A stretch of DNA of 55,826 bases, taken from a virus (lineage: Duplodnaviria > Caudoviricetes). The position numbers and the translations under genes are program-made. The notes under the pieces are model-generated. The model did no database searches, had not been told where the DNA came from, and worked only from the letters and a program-made list of their open reading frames with translations. The stretch spans positions 1-55,826 of the IMG/VR virus record IMGVR_UViG_3300020045_002251, one strand, 5' to 3'. This document shows positions 27,318 to 36,474 of this stretch, in pieces (position 1 is the stretch's first letter; every line of letters begins with the position of its first letter).

Positions 27318-27346
27318 AATGTAATCCATTTTTACCATCATTGCAA
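27318..27346 (-). promoter_or_regulatory. Sigma70 promoter TTGCAA-N17-TACATT for the ncRNA/tRNA operon
   Basis: Predicted +1 (~27311) coincides with the 5' strand of the closing stem. Confidence 0.7.
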
Positions 27347-27404
27347 TACCAACAACAAACATTTTTATCTTGTAATACATCAAAACAAGTAATACACTCT
27401 CTCA

Positions 27405-27602
27405 ATGACTTCAAAACTACTGGTAAAAATGATGAAAGAGAAAGAAAAAAAGTATTGCTTAAATTGCGGCGTAGAACTACCGGGTAACTCACCCGCATCA
27501 CGAAAGTTTTGTGATGTGAAAGGTGTTAGCAATAAATGTGCGGTGGCTTGGCATCGGAAACAGAAGAAATTGAAAATTGAGAAGATTGGAGAAAATAAAT
27601 GA
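27405..27602 (+). CDS. Small basic C4 zinc-finger protein, candidate transcription regulator
   Basis: CLNCGVEL...RKFCD......KCAVAWHRKQKK; tandem GTAATAC sites just upstream. Confidence 0.55.
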   Translation: MTSKLLVKMMKEKEKKYCLNCGVELPGNSPASRKFCDVKGVSNKCAVAWHRKQKKLKIEKIGENK

Positions 27603-28027
27603 TTATCAAACTAAAAGTAAAGCGTCTAACCGATACCGCAAAACTGCCAACGCAAGGAAGTGAATTTGCAGCAGGATATGATTTGTATGCGAGTGAATTG
27701 AGCGAACTATCGAGTGGGATAGTATCAAAAATAAAGACAGGTATTTCAATTGAAATTCCAGAAGGCTATGTTGCACTGGTTTGGCCTCGCTCCGGGTTGG
27801 CGTGCAAAGATGGCGTTATAGTGCTCGCTGGTGTTATTGATTCTGACTATCGCGGAGAAGTAATTGTCGCCCTATCCACCATAAAGGATGAAAAGGTTTA
27901 TATAAATCGCGGTGAGCGTATCGCGCAAATCCTAATCCAGCGGGTTGAAAATTACGGTGTTGAAGAAGTGAAAGAATTATCCGACAGTGTGCGCGGTGAA
28001 TGCGGGTTCGGGAGTTCTGGTCGATGA
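27599..28027 (+). CDS. dut: dUTPase (trimeric)
   Basis: AAGYDL, PRSGLA, GVIDSDYRGE, GERIAQ, RGECGFGSSG. Confidence 0.95.
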   Translation: MIIKLKVKRLTDTAKLPTQGSEFAAGYDLYASELSELSSGIVSKIKTGISIEIPEGYVALVWPRSGLACKDGVIVLAGVIDSDYRGEVIVALSTIKDEKVYINRGERIAQILIQRVENYGVEEVKELSDSVRGECGFGSSGR

Positions 28028-28230
28028 AAATAACAATCACCATCGAAGACCAACCAACAACCAAAACTACGCGAATTCATTTTACTGGTGATATTCCAGG
28101 CGTTGATGAATTCATTTCCGACTTATCACCAGCACAACGAGTGGCATTAGATATTAATGATTACCTAGTTGCGCTTGAGCGAGCAGCAGAAGCTGAACTT
28201 GCCAAATCTGGAAAAATGACAATCAATTAA
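28024..28230 (+). CDS. Hypothetical protein (MKITITIED...)
   Basis: ATGA overlap with dut. Confidence 0.55.
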   Translation: MKITITIEDQPTTKTTRIHFTGDIPGVDEFISDLSPAQRVALDINDYLVALERAAEAELAKSGKMTIN

Positions 28231-28241
28231 GGGATTTTAAA

Positions 28242-29441
28242 ATGGCACAAGGTAAAGATTGGTCGATAGAAATCACAGATGAATTGTTAAAGTATGCAAC
28301 TGAAAAGGAGACGGAGAAGTTACAGGCGATATTATCCGAGGGTTCATTACGAAAGGCGGCAGATAGTTTAGGTGTCAACGAAAGAGCGGTAACAATCGCG
28401 CTATCTCGCGTTAAAGCCAAGGCAGCCAAGCAAGGGTATTCTCCTGAACATGACATGATTAAAACAGTTCCAGAAGGCTTTAAATTACGCGGAACATCTA
28501 CACTTTACGGAAAAGATGGGGAACAAAAATTACAGTGGGTTAAAACATCAATTGATGCGGAAAGGCAATATCAGTTAATGTTGGAAGCGGTTGAGGCACT
28601 AAAAGAGGAAATTCCAGCTCAAGATATCATTGTGCAATCATCGGTAAAAACTGATTCTGCATTGGTCAATCAATACACCATTACTGACCTGCACTTTGGT
28701 GCTCTGTGCTGGAAGCCGGAAACATTAGACGATGATTACGATATTTCCATTGCTGAAAAATCACTGATTAAATGGTTTCAAACTGCAATTAATAAATCAC
28801 CGGATGCCGATACCGCAATTCTGGCGAATATCGGGGATCTATTGCATTCTGATGGGCTCCAGGCTATCACCCCATCGTCAGGCCATATTTTGGATGCTGA
28901 TTCTCGATTCTGCAAAGTGGTGCGAGTTGTCATTCGCACATTGCGCCGAATCATCAATATGCTGTTATTTAAGCACTCAAAAGTGGTTGTCATATTAGCA
29001 GAGGGAAATCACGATTTATCCGCATCCGTTTGGTTGCGTGAGATGTTCTCGGCACTCTACGAATCAGAGCCAAGAGTGACGATTGATAATTCAGCCAATC
29101 CGTATTACTGCTATATGCATGGAAAGACGGCGCTGTTTTATCATCATGGCCATTTGTCAAAATTCGATAAGATTGATTCTGTAATGGCTGGAATGTTCAA
29201 GCGCGAATTCGGTGTAAGTGATCACGCCTATTGTCACATGGGGCATTATCACCACAATAAGCTCAATGAAAGCAATCTCATGACGATTGAGCAACACCAA
29301 ACACTAGCAGCAAGAGATGCTTATGCGGCGCGTGGTGGCTGGCTGTCAGGCCGAAGCGCCAAGGTGATTACTTATCATAAAGAGTTTGGCGAAGTGGGTC
29401 GGACTGTTATTAATTACGCAATGATTAAGGAAGGAAATTAA
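28242..29441 (+). CDS. HTH plus calcineurin-like metallophosphoesterase
   Basis: N-terminal SLRKAADSLGV HTH; TDLHFG, GDLLH.D, EGNHD, HHGH, GHYHH. Confidence 0.85.
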   Translation: MAQGKDWSIEITDELLKYATEKETEKLQAILSEGSLRKAADSLGVNERAVTIALSRVKAKAAKQGYSPEHDMIKTVPEGFKLRGTSTLYGKDGEQKLQWVKTSIDAERQYQLMLEAVEALKEEIPAQDIIVQSSVKTDSALVNQYTITDLHFGALCWKPETLDDDYDISIAEKSLIKWFQTAINKSPDADTAILANIGDLLHSDGLQAITPSSGHILDADSRFCKVVRVVIRTLRRIINMLLFKHSKVVVILAEGNHDLSASVWLREMFSALYESEPRVTIDNSANPYYCYMHGKTALFYHHGHLSKFDKIDSVMAGMFKREFGVSDHAYCHMGHYHHNKLNESNLMTIEQHQTLAARDAYAARGGWLSGRSAKVITYHKEFGEVGRTVINYAMIKEGN

Positions 29442-29442
29442 A

Positions 29443-29967
29443 ATGCATATCATGTTAGATTTGGAAACAATGGGTAATAATAATCGCGCTGCAATTATCG
29501 CTGTTGGTGCGGTAGCTTTTGATATTAATGGTGTTGTTGATAAATTTTATCAGCAAGTAATCCTTGAATCTTCCGTATCAGCGGGAATGCAAATCGATAC
29601 ATCAACAATCCTATGGTGGTTAAAGCAATCTGATGCAGCGCGATCAGCATTCGACAATAATGAACAGTCGGAATCTTTATTGAATGGATTGGCTGCATTT
29701 ACAGTCTGGTTTAACAAAGTTGACGGATGCGAGGTATGGGGTGATGGCGCTGCATTTGATAACACCATTCTATCATCTGCATATGGACTGCTTAAAATAC
29801 AAAAACCCTGGAAGTTTTGGAATGATAGATGCTATCGAACCATTAAGAACTTATATCCAGATGTGGAAATGACAAGAACTGGGACCCATCACAATGCAGT
29901 GGATGATGCAGAATCGCAGGCGTTGCATTTGATTGAGGTTTGCAAACGGAAAGGAATTGAATTATGA
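29443..29967 (+). CDS. DEDDh 3'-5' exonuclease
   Basis: IMLDLETMG, WGDGAAFD, DRCYRT, HNAVDDA. Confidence 0.9.
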   Translation: MHIMLDLETMGNNNRAAIIAVGAVAFDINGVVDKFYQQVILESSVSAGMQIDTSTILWWLKQSDAARSAFDNNEQSESLLNGLAAFTVWFNKVDGCEVWGDGAAFDNTILSSAYGLLKIQKPWKFWNDRCYRTIKNLYPDVEMTRTGTHHNAVDDAESQALHLIEVCKRKGIEL

Positions 29968-30245
29968 AAAAACTATTCCTATCCGGCCCAATGACGGGAT
30001 ATGACAATTTCAATCGCTTAATATTTAATGAGTTGGCTTCTAGTTATGAAAAGCAAGGTTATGCAGTACTCAATCCAGCTATTTTACCGAGCGGATTAGC
30101 AGAAAAAGATTACATGCAAATCTGTATAGCAATGTTGCTATGTGCCGATGAAGTGGTGTTCCTGCAAAAATGGAATGAATCACCTGGCGCTATCGCTGAA
30201 CATTCGCTGGCTTGTAAGTTGAAAATGCCGTTGACGTATTTGTAA
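29964..30245 (+). CDS. DUF4406 (nucleoside deoxyribosyltransferase-like) protein
   Basis: LFLSGPMTGYDNFNR..F, LNPA, YMQIC..ML..AD, W.ES.GA..E..LA. Confidence 0.85.
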   Translation: MKKLFLSGPMTGYDNFNRLIFNELASSYEKQGYAVLNPAILPSGLAEKDYMQICIAMLLCADEVVFLQKWNESPGAIAEHSLACKLKMPLTYL

Positions 30246-30258
30246 TTGGAGAAACGAA

Positions 30259-30576
30259 GTGACTTTTGAAGAAAAATACAAGCATCTGCCATCTCCACCG
30301 AGAATTGTTTGTGCAGCCAACAAGATACCTACAAATGACGGTGATTTAATTCTAATCGGCGCTCGCCATTGGGATACCTTAATGCGCAATCAATTTCATG
30401 CACAAGTTGGATTATTCAAAGAAGTTTATAAAAATCAAGAAACACAAGGATTTATTGATCAATTCGGTAGATTTTATGACAGAAAAGAAGCGAAAATCAT
30501 CGCAGAGCATAACAATCAGATAATCCGTGTTGTTGGTGGCGATAGCGAGAAGTTGTATTCGGAAAATCTTTACTGA
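30259..30576 (+). CDS. Conserved phage protein of unknown function
   Basis: IVCAAN, GARHWD, QGFIDQFGRFYDRKEA, LYSENLY; GGAG RBS with GTG start. Confidence 0.75.
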   Translation: MTFEEKYKHLPSPPRIVCAANKIPTNDGDLILIGARHWDTLMRNQFHAQVGLFKEVYKNQETQGFIDQFGRFYDRKEAKIIAEHNNQIIRVVGGDSEKLYSENLY

Positions 30577-30596
30577 AATTGACCCAAATCAAACAA

Positions 30597-30648
30597 GGCC
30601 GCGATTGCGGTCTTTTTTTGTTGATTGTATTGTTATTTGTGTAATACT
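30597..30648 (+). promoter_or_regulatory. Terminator followed by early promoter TTGATT-N15-TAATACT
   Basis: ggccgc-gatt-gcggtc-ttttttt, then the promoter at 30621-30648. Confidence 0.7.
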
Positions 30649-30674
30649 GAGTGAATTGAAACAAGGAGCTTTAC

Positions 30675-31457
30675 ATGACTACATCACTAGCATTACCAGC
30701 AACTGTCAAAGACATTTGTGAACAGCGAGACCTAACCGTAACTAAGTTGCTTGAGGCTGCGAGGCTAATAAAAGAAGCGCAAGACCATTTTAGTGCAGCA
30801 CAACGACAACCATTAGGAAATCTATTATTTAGTGGTCATCGCCAAAGCCTAGACTATTTTTGCCGAGAAGGTTCAACAGGTAAAACAATGGAACTGATTG
30901 TCAAACGTATTGATTCGGTAATCTGGAAGGGGTTAATGGATGTTGCCGGTATCAAGCGTATGATGTCAGCTAGTCAATATGAAGCAAAAATAGACCAAAT
31001 CTATGAAAACCCAGAAACGGTATCCATCCAAGCAGTGAATGATATTGTAAAATCATTACACGAAAACGCTGATGATATTTTCAAGCAGTCTGTTGTTGAT
31101 GTTTTTCGCTCATTGCATCCGGCATACAAAACGAATAAACCGATGAGCTTTGGCAAGAAAATAATCCTGCATTCAGCGCTAAGTACGTGGTTTAGCACTT
31201 GGTCTAGTCATGGAGACTATGACAAAAAATTATCAGACTTGCATCGGATTTTGTATGTCATTAATGGTGTTAAACCGCATGACTATCCAGCCAATGAAAT
31301 GCTGCAATGTTTGAGATCTAAAGGTGGGGAATACAAAGATGATTTCTTGCGCTTGGTCGGATATCAAAACGGAAACGTCCACGCCTATATTTCACAAAAT
31401 GACGCCGATGCATTAAATAGCATTTTGGCTGGAGAATACGGGAAGACAGTAAAATGA
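30675..31457 (+). CDS. DUF4942-domain protein
   Basis: RIDSVIWK.LM, VVDVFRSL...YKTNKPMSFGKKII, L.DL.RI, YQNGNVH. Confidence 0.8.
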   Translation: MTTSLALPATVKDICEQRDLTVTKLLEAARLIKEAQDHFSAAQRQPLGNLLFSGHRQSLDYFCREGSTGKTMELIVKRIDSVIWKGLMDVAGIKRMMSASQYEAKIDQIYENPETVSIQAVNDIVKSLHENADDIFKQSVVDVFRSLHPAYKTNKPMSFGKKIILHSALSTWFSTWSSHGDYDKKLSDLHRILYVINGVKPHDYPANEMLQCLRSKGGEYKDDFLRLVGYQNGNVHAYISQNDADALNSILAGEYGKTVK

Positions 31458-31681
31458 AAATCACCCTAAACAACATCGAGCATGAGCTTTTTAACCATAT
31501 CCACAATGGTATCGATAGCTTATACGCACAGAGCAAATCTGAACCACCTGTTACGCTTGCCACTGCTGGTGCTTATGGTTCACCAGATACAGGTTGGCAT
31601 TGTCACCATAAGCCGGTAATTGGCGATTGGAAGACGGTGGATGATGTGTTGGCCGCTTATGGTATTGAGGTGATTGAATGA
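31454..31681 (+). CDS. Hypothetical protein
   Basis: ATGA coupling. Confidence 0.55.
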   Translation: MKITLNNIEHELFNHIHNGIDSLYAQSKSEPPVTLATAGAYGSPDTGWHCHHKPVIGDWKTVDDVLAAYGIEVIE

Positions 31682-32085
31682 AATTATCCGATGTTAGAGC
31701 TCGTTACATATCTGGACAATCAAGAGGTAAAATCTCGGATGATTCAGCGCGTGATTTCATTTACATGATAAACCAAGGGCTAGGTGTAGATACCATTATC
31801 GATTTGATGGATGTCAACGACAATGAAGGCGGCGGATGCTGGGAGCGAAATAAGAAAAAATTAACCGGTAATCCATTAATCCGACAACACGAGTTGTTTT
31901 GCTTGTTGCTTGGTGTAAGATTAATCAAGCCAGTGAATAGCGGTAAAAATTTAAAATTGATTTACGTATCAGAACACAAGCGAATGAAAGAATGCATTAC
32001 TGAATTGGAGGTGGATGGATATAAAAAGCATCAAAAGGATATGAAAAAAGCAGATATGAGAAGAATGGATTTGTTGCACATGTAA
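31678..32085 (+). CDS. Hypothetical protein
   Basis: GAGG RBS; ATGA coupling. Confidence 0.6.
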   Translation: MKLSDVRARYISGQSRGKISDDSARDFIYMINQGLGVDTIIDLMDVNDNEGGGCWERNKKKLTGNPLIRQHELFCLLLGVRLIKPVNSGKNLKLIYVSEHKRMKECITELEVDGYKKHQKDMKKADMRRMDLLHM

Positions 32086-32121
32086 AGCATATTTGCAGCA
32101 ATAGATGGCAGATTACTAGGT

Positions 32122-32310
32122 ATGAGGTGGAATGTGATTAAAATTTGGCAAATATTCAAAAATGCACCATTGAAGGATAAAATTTTTACAATCTGGAAGC
32201 TTTTTATGTGGTGTCCAGTTATGATTTCAATTGTTATTGTGTCTGTGATGGTTGCATTGTTTAATCTTGATATTGAATCTGGTGTTGATGTTTTTAAGGA
32301 GATTGTGTGA
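32122..32310 (+). CDS. Small membrane protein
   Basis: One hydrophobic segment. Confidence 0.5.
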   Translation: MRWNVIKIWQIFKNAPLKDKIFTIWKLFMWCPVMISIVIVSVMVALFNLDIESGVDVFKEIV

Positions 32311-32885
32311 TGAAAAAATATATTCCTGTTTTTGGGCCGCAGTATTGGTTTGATGGATCCCCAGAGGATGCAGAATTTATTAGTGAATCTATTGAGCGTA
32401 AGAAATATTTCTACAAGAATATTATTGCAGGTGAAAGTTATGAGTATTTTAATATTGGAAGTAAAAAGTGGGTAAAAAATAAAGGTTATCCTGCAAATTT
32501 ATTCTTAGCCATGCGCCGCATCGAAGAAACGCCAGAACCTAAACGCTGGACGGTGGAAGACCAGAAGGCAGGGCGGTTACCGGAGGTTGGTTGCATTGTT
32601 ATCGGCTGCGACAAAAAAGAATATGAGGTTTTAGCTAAAGAGAGATGTGAGCTTGCTCTACGCAATACATCGGATAAAAATCTAATGTTAGTTACAGTTT
32701 CAAGGTTTAATCGAGACTTTAAGCCTATTGAAACACCAGAAGAAAAAGCGGCGCGGTTGCGCGATGAGTGGTGTCAGTCTGCATTGCGATTAATTAACGA
32801 TGAACTGTCTGATGCTTGTGATGCTGCTGTTATTTACGATGCACTGAAATCCGGTGAATTGAAAGCGCCGGATGCGCAAAAATGA
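32307..32885 (+). CDS. Hypothetical protein, paralogous to the C-terminal half of 53906-54922
   Basis: FDGSPE / W....GRLPEVG..C / FKPIETPEEK versus FEGAPD / WYEKGELPPIGDAC / FRPLKSKQEK. Confidence 0.65.
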   Translation: MMKKYIPVFGPQYWFDGSPEDAEFISESIERKKYFYKNIIAGESYEYFNIGSKKWVKNKGYPANLFLAMRRIEETPEPKRWTVEDQKAGRLPEVGCIVIGCDKKEYEVLAKERCELALRNTSDKNLMLVTVSRFNRDFKPIETPEEKAARLRDEWCQSALRLINDELSDACDAAVIYDALKSGELKAPDAQK

Positions 32886-32960
32886 CATTACTCCAATACC
32901 TATCATTTTGCGCTTTAGTCCACGCACTAACCTGCATTATAGTCACCCACCTCACAAAAG

Positions 32961-33012
32961 AATCCGCCTAGTGCGGATTTTTCTTTGCATATCAGAAATA
33001 ATGTGTAATACT
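32961..33012 (+). promoter_or_regulatory. Terminator plus early promoter TTGCAT-N15-TAATACT
   Basis: aatccgc-ctagt-gcggatttt; promoter at 32985-33012. Confidence 0.7.
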
Positions 33013-33040
33013 TAAATCGTTAACTAATTGGAGATTTATC

Positions 33041-33214
33041 ATGGTTAAAGTAATCGGTAGCGATATGAAAAGCACAGTAATGATTGGATTCAGTACTATG
33101 GCATCAGTCAAGCGACATATGCGCATTAGTGGTTTTGAATTAACATCTGAAAATCATAGCGTCATCTTCATGAAAAAAGGCGATAACCGGATTATGATTG
33201 TGGAGTGTAAATGA
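33041..33214 (+). CDS. Hypothetical early protein (57 aa)
   Basis: GGAG RBS; MVKVIGSDMK... Confidence 0.6.
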   Translation: MVKVIGSDMKSTVMIGFSTMASVKRHMRISGFELTSENHSVIFMKKGDNRIMIVECK

Positions 33215-33335
33215 TGAGTCATCTTTCAAAATATCAACAAGTTTCAATCAGAGAAATGAAAGACAGAGGATTTTCAGTTAGCATTCGTCATTGGTGGTTT
33301 ATGATGAATTATTATGGAATTAAGAGGGTTTATAA

Positions 33336-33515
33336 ATGAACAAAAAATGTTATCACTGCGGCGAGGTAATTGGCTTTAACTCCGAATATTACGTGATGCA
33401 GAAGGCAGTAAAGCCACCATTTAGCTACCGCAGATTCATTGATATCGGCTATGCTTGCGAATCTTGCGTTGAGCATAAACATAAATCAACTCGCATTGAT
33501 GGGTGGAGAAAGTAA
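33336..33515 (+). CDS. Small CxxC..CxxC zinc-finger protein
   Basis: MNKKCYHCGE...YACESC; coupled to its neighbours. Confidence 0.55.
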   Translation: MNKKCYHCGEVIGFNSEYYVMQKAVKPPFSYRRFIDIGYACESCVEHKHKSTRIDGWRK

Positions 33516-33730
33516 TGGAGAACACAGAAAATAAGTTCATGCATGACGGATTATGGTATGTAGCTGTTGAGAAAGATTACTGCCAGTGTTGTGACTTAAG
33601 TAGCGCTCATGGGATGTGTACAATTGGCAGTGATTACAGCAATGTTCCACCATGTGGGCGCCATGAACGAAAAGACAAACGCAATGTAATTTTCGTCCAA
33701 AGCGACATCGACAATAAAGGACAATCATAA
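33515..33730 (+). CDS. Cys-rich hypothetical protein
   Basis: CQCCD...C...PCGRHERKDKRNVIF. Confidence 0.6.
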   Translation: MENTENKFMHDGLWYVAVEKDYCQCCDLSSAHGMCTIGSDYSNVPPCGRHERKDKRNVIFVQSDIDNKGQS

Positions 33731-33948
33731 TGCCATCAAAAACAGAAGTCTTAGCAGCAATAAAATCTGGTGAACTATTTACACCGGAGTATCAAGAGAA
33801 AGAAAAACAGCGAAAATTCGCAGCCAGACAAGAATATCTTGAGCGAACTAAACAATCCAATAACTTCTTAAATGAACAATGGGAAAGAAATAAAGTGAAT
33901 CGGAAAGATAACACCCATGATGATATACAAGATACATGGGGCACATAA
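33730..33948 (+). CDS. Hypothetical protein
   Basis: AAGGA RBS; TAATG overlap. Confidence 0.55.
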   Translation: MPSKTEVLAAIKSGELFTPEYQEKEKQRKFAARQEYLERTKQSNNFLNEQWERNKVNRKDNTHDDIQDTWGT

Positions 33949-33949
33949 A

Positions 33950-33975
33950 AAGAAAGGCGCATTTAGCGCCTTTTT
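33950..33975. terminator. Bidirectional terminator
   Basis: aaaggcgc-attta-gcgcctttt. Confidence 0.8.
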
Positions 33976-33979
33976 ATAT

Positions 33980-34579
33980 TTAAGGGATGATTGAATTATC
34001 TAGCTCGGCATACGTTATCTGCAAAATCATTCGCTGTGATACGCTCGTTGGATTGTAAATCCTGCCATAAAAACCAGTTCCACGTCCATAGGTGCGCAAA
34101 CCAGACTTACCGGATGGCGTACCTACTGGTTGTTGATTTGGGTTGTTCGATGCGGTATATCCAGCCATGATTGGCGTAAAATATGGGCCAGTAACGGTAG
34201 GCGCTACAGATTGAGATACACAAATGGAAGTTGGTGAGACTCCAGGCAGCGGATTTACCGTTTCAATTTTAACTTTGTTTGTTGTGTCATCGGTAAACGC
34301 AGATGCAGAAAAATAAATGTTATATTCGCCACCAGAAATAGTCGTAAATAAATTTCTATCAAGTATCTGAACATCCCTATCTACCGGAGCAACAAATCGT
34401 ATCCATTGCGCTTGCAGTGATGCAATCGTCACGTCAATTTCAGCGATATAGACAATACCTAGCATTGATAGATATTCGGTGTTGGTGAATGATGTTGCAG
34501 CTAGTCTGTCACGATTAAAATACGGAATGCGGCGGTACAGCGTTTCAAGGCTACCTGTTGGAAATTTAATTGTTGCCAT
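33980..34579 (-). CDS. Hypothetical beta-rich protein (possible virion accessory protein)
   Basis: 199 aa, Thr/Ser/Pro rich; own TGaTATAAT promoter at 34610-34618. Confidence 0.65.
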   Translation of the reverse strand: MATIKFPTGSLETLYRRIPYFNRDRLAATSFTNTEYLSMLGIVYIAEIDVTIASLQAQWIRFVAPVDRDVQILDRNLFTTISGGEYNIYFSASAFTDDTTNKVKIETVNPLPGVSPTSICVSQSVAPTVTGPYFTPIMAGYTASNNPNQQPVGTPSGKSGLRTYGRGTGFYGRIYNPTSVSQRMILQITYAELDNSIIP

Positions 34580-34675
34580 AAAAAATACTCAATGATTAAA
34601 ACTCATCCAATTATATCACCTTTTGTATGGATAAAATAAAACCCGCCGAAGCGGGTTTATGTTGTATTTATAAAA

Positions 34676-34894
34676 TTATAAGTGAGATTTGATCTCATCG
34701 ATTACTTGTTTGATTTCTGTCGCGATTTGAGTTTCAACAAATAATAGTTTTGCCTCAATCTTTTCAAGCAACGATAACGCTTGGTGATCTTCTGCTGTTT
34801 TTGTCTCATCAACTGGAACTTCCGTTACCGCAGAGGTGGAAACCACTTCCGGTTCAACTGCTGCTGTTGATGCAATCTCTACTTCATCTGCCAT
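34676..34894 (-). CDS. Acidic hypothetical protein
   Basis: GAGGA RBS; own terminator at 34637-34658. Confidence 0.65.
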   Translation of the reverse strand: MADEVEIASTAAVEPEVVSTSAVTEVPVDETKTAEDHQALSLLEKIEAKLLFVETQIATEIKQVIDEIKSHL

Positions 34895-35111
34895 ATTTTT
34901 TCCTCATCTATTGGTAATTTACAATCCACGGCCCAGCCAGAATTGCTGTAATTGATAGTAATTATACGCCTCTTTTCCGTCCGTGGAGCTTTCTGACATT
35001 CTTTTACACCATTCGCTATACATTGATTTTCTCTGCTAAAAATGTCGGATTATTGTATCAATATCGGTACATCTTGGCGATTGGTTGAGTGATGTAATTA
35101 ATGGGATACAA

Positions 35112-35327
35112 TTAAATATCATCCGCATAATCATTATTCATCTCATCATCAATCTCAATATCATCAAAAATATCATTATCAGACGGGTCGCCAACATCGG
35201 AAAATTGAGCCCTATGCTTTGCTGAATATGTCCGATTATCTCTGCAATATGAACATGAGCCATGACATCGACAAGTAACATCAAATCGCTTAGATCCGGT
35301 ATATGGTTGCTTTCTTGTTCTGCTCAT
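35112..35327 (-). CDS. Conserved small Cys/His protein with a basic N-terminus and acidic tail
   Basis: PYTGSKRFDVTCRCHGSCSYCRDNR. Confidence 0.65.
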   Translation of the reverse strand: MSRTRKQPYTGSKRFDVTCRCHGSCSYCRDNRTYSAKHRAQFSDVGDPSDNDIFDDIEIDDEMNNDYADDI

Positions 35328-35430
35328 ATTTCAAACCCCATATCGCGCAAAAGAATCAAGGCCGCATCATAGCAGCCTTCGCAAAACAAATCAGCGTATT
35401 GCTGAATGGATTGGTTTATGTCGTTTAGTT

Positions 35431-35886
35431 TCATAATTGCATCATTGATTGTGTGAACATTTTTTGATATCGAACAAATGATGTTTTTGGAATTACCGCA
35501 TTAAACACAACCCCTGGTTTAGCATCTCGTCTTGGTTGTTTTGATTTCGGTCTTTTTCGTGTTGGTATGCCACGATTGCGCAAATGTGTATTAATGGTTA
35601 CTGACGTCATGTGGTATTTATCGGAAATATCTTCCATTGACATATCGGAATTGTAGTCATCCAATACGCTTTGAAAAACTGAATCTGTCATTTTTTTGTT
35701 TGATTGGGCGCGATTTAGGTCGATAGTTGCATTAATGTCGGCACGATTCAAGTCACGTAATCTGAGCCTAACCGTGTCTTTGTTGACGCCATATTTTGCG
35801 GCCAATTCAGGCATAAAAATTCTGCGCTCAATGTAATCAGATAGCTCCTGATTGGTGAAATTGATTTCTTTTCTTTTGGTTCCCAT
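35431..35886 (-). CDS. Double HTH DNA-binding protein (candidate late activator)
   Basis: MPELAAKYGVNKDTVRLRL and SMEDISDKYHMTSVTINTHL. Confidence 0.65.
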   Translation of the reverse strand: MGTKRKEINFTNQELSDYIERRIFMPELAAKYGVNKDTVRLRLRDLNRADINATIDLNRAQSNKKMTDSVFQSVLDDYNSDMSMEDISDKYHMTSVTINTHLRNRGIPTRKRPKSKQPRRDAKPGVVFNAVIPKTSFVRYQKMFTQSMMQL

Positions 35887-35912
35887 GATGTAAAGCTCCT
35901 ATCAACTATTAA

Positions 35913-36110
35913 TTATTTGTTTCTATTGGTGCGATTAATATGCTCACGCAATGATTCTCGCAAGCGTGACAATTCGTATTCAATCGCTTGTTCGGCCAAT
36001 TCGTGATGCTTGATAATGTCATCACCATCACTCGATGAACGCGCTAAAATCAAGCGCGTTACGTTGGCATAATGCTGTTTGTATGATTCGATTGGGGTGA
36101 TTTTATTCAT
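35913..36110 (-). CDS. Hypothetical protein
   Basis: Probable start MNKITP. Confidence 0.5.
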   Translation of the reverse strand: MNKITPIESYKQHYANVTRLILARSSSDGDDIIKHHELAEQAIEYELSRLRESLREHINRTNRNK

Positions 36111-36474
36111 GACTTCCCCAAATGGTAATCTTATTTTCATTCAAATGAATGCGTTGGTCGCAAAACTTTTTCTGTTTATCCGTTTCAGCAAGTTTTTTTG
36201 CCTCTTTCCATGCATTAATCGCCATACGGTGGTGACTTGCCGTTTCAGCTACAGATTCGATATGGCAGGCCTTTTCCACCAATTCGCTGAACTTTGTTTC
36301 TGATTTTGCTTGTGTCTTCAATGGTGATAATGCCATTTTGTTATTTTCCGAAAATGTAGTGCGATGAATTTTCCGCTTTGGAATGTGGATTGATTTTTTC
36401 TTATGTGGTGATGATAAATCTGGATCGTATCCAATCAGTTCACCATCTGTATTTATTTCTGCTGTATAGGTCAT
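36103..36474 (-). CDS. Hypothetical protein with an ANR-like helical C-terminus
   Basis: A...E......A...W.EA..LA......FC..R. Confidence 0.55.
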   Translation of the reverse strand: MTYTAEINTDGELIGYDPDLSSPHKKKSIHIPKRKIHRTTFSENNKMALSPLKTQAKSETKFSELVEKACHIESVAETASHHRMAINAWKEAKKLAETDKQKKFCDQRIHLNENKITIWGSHE

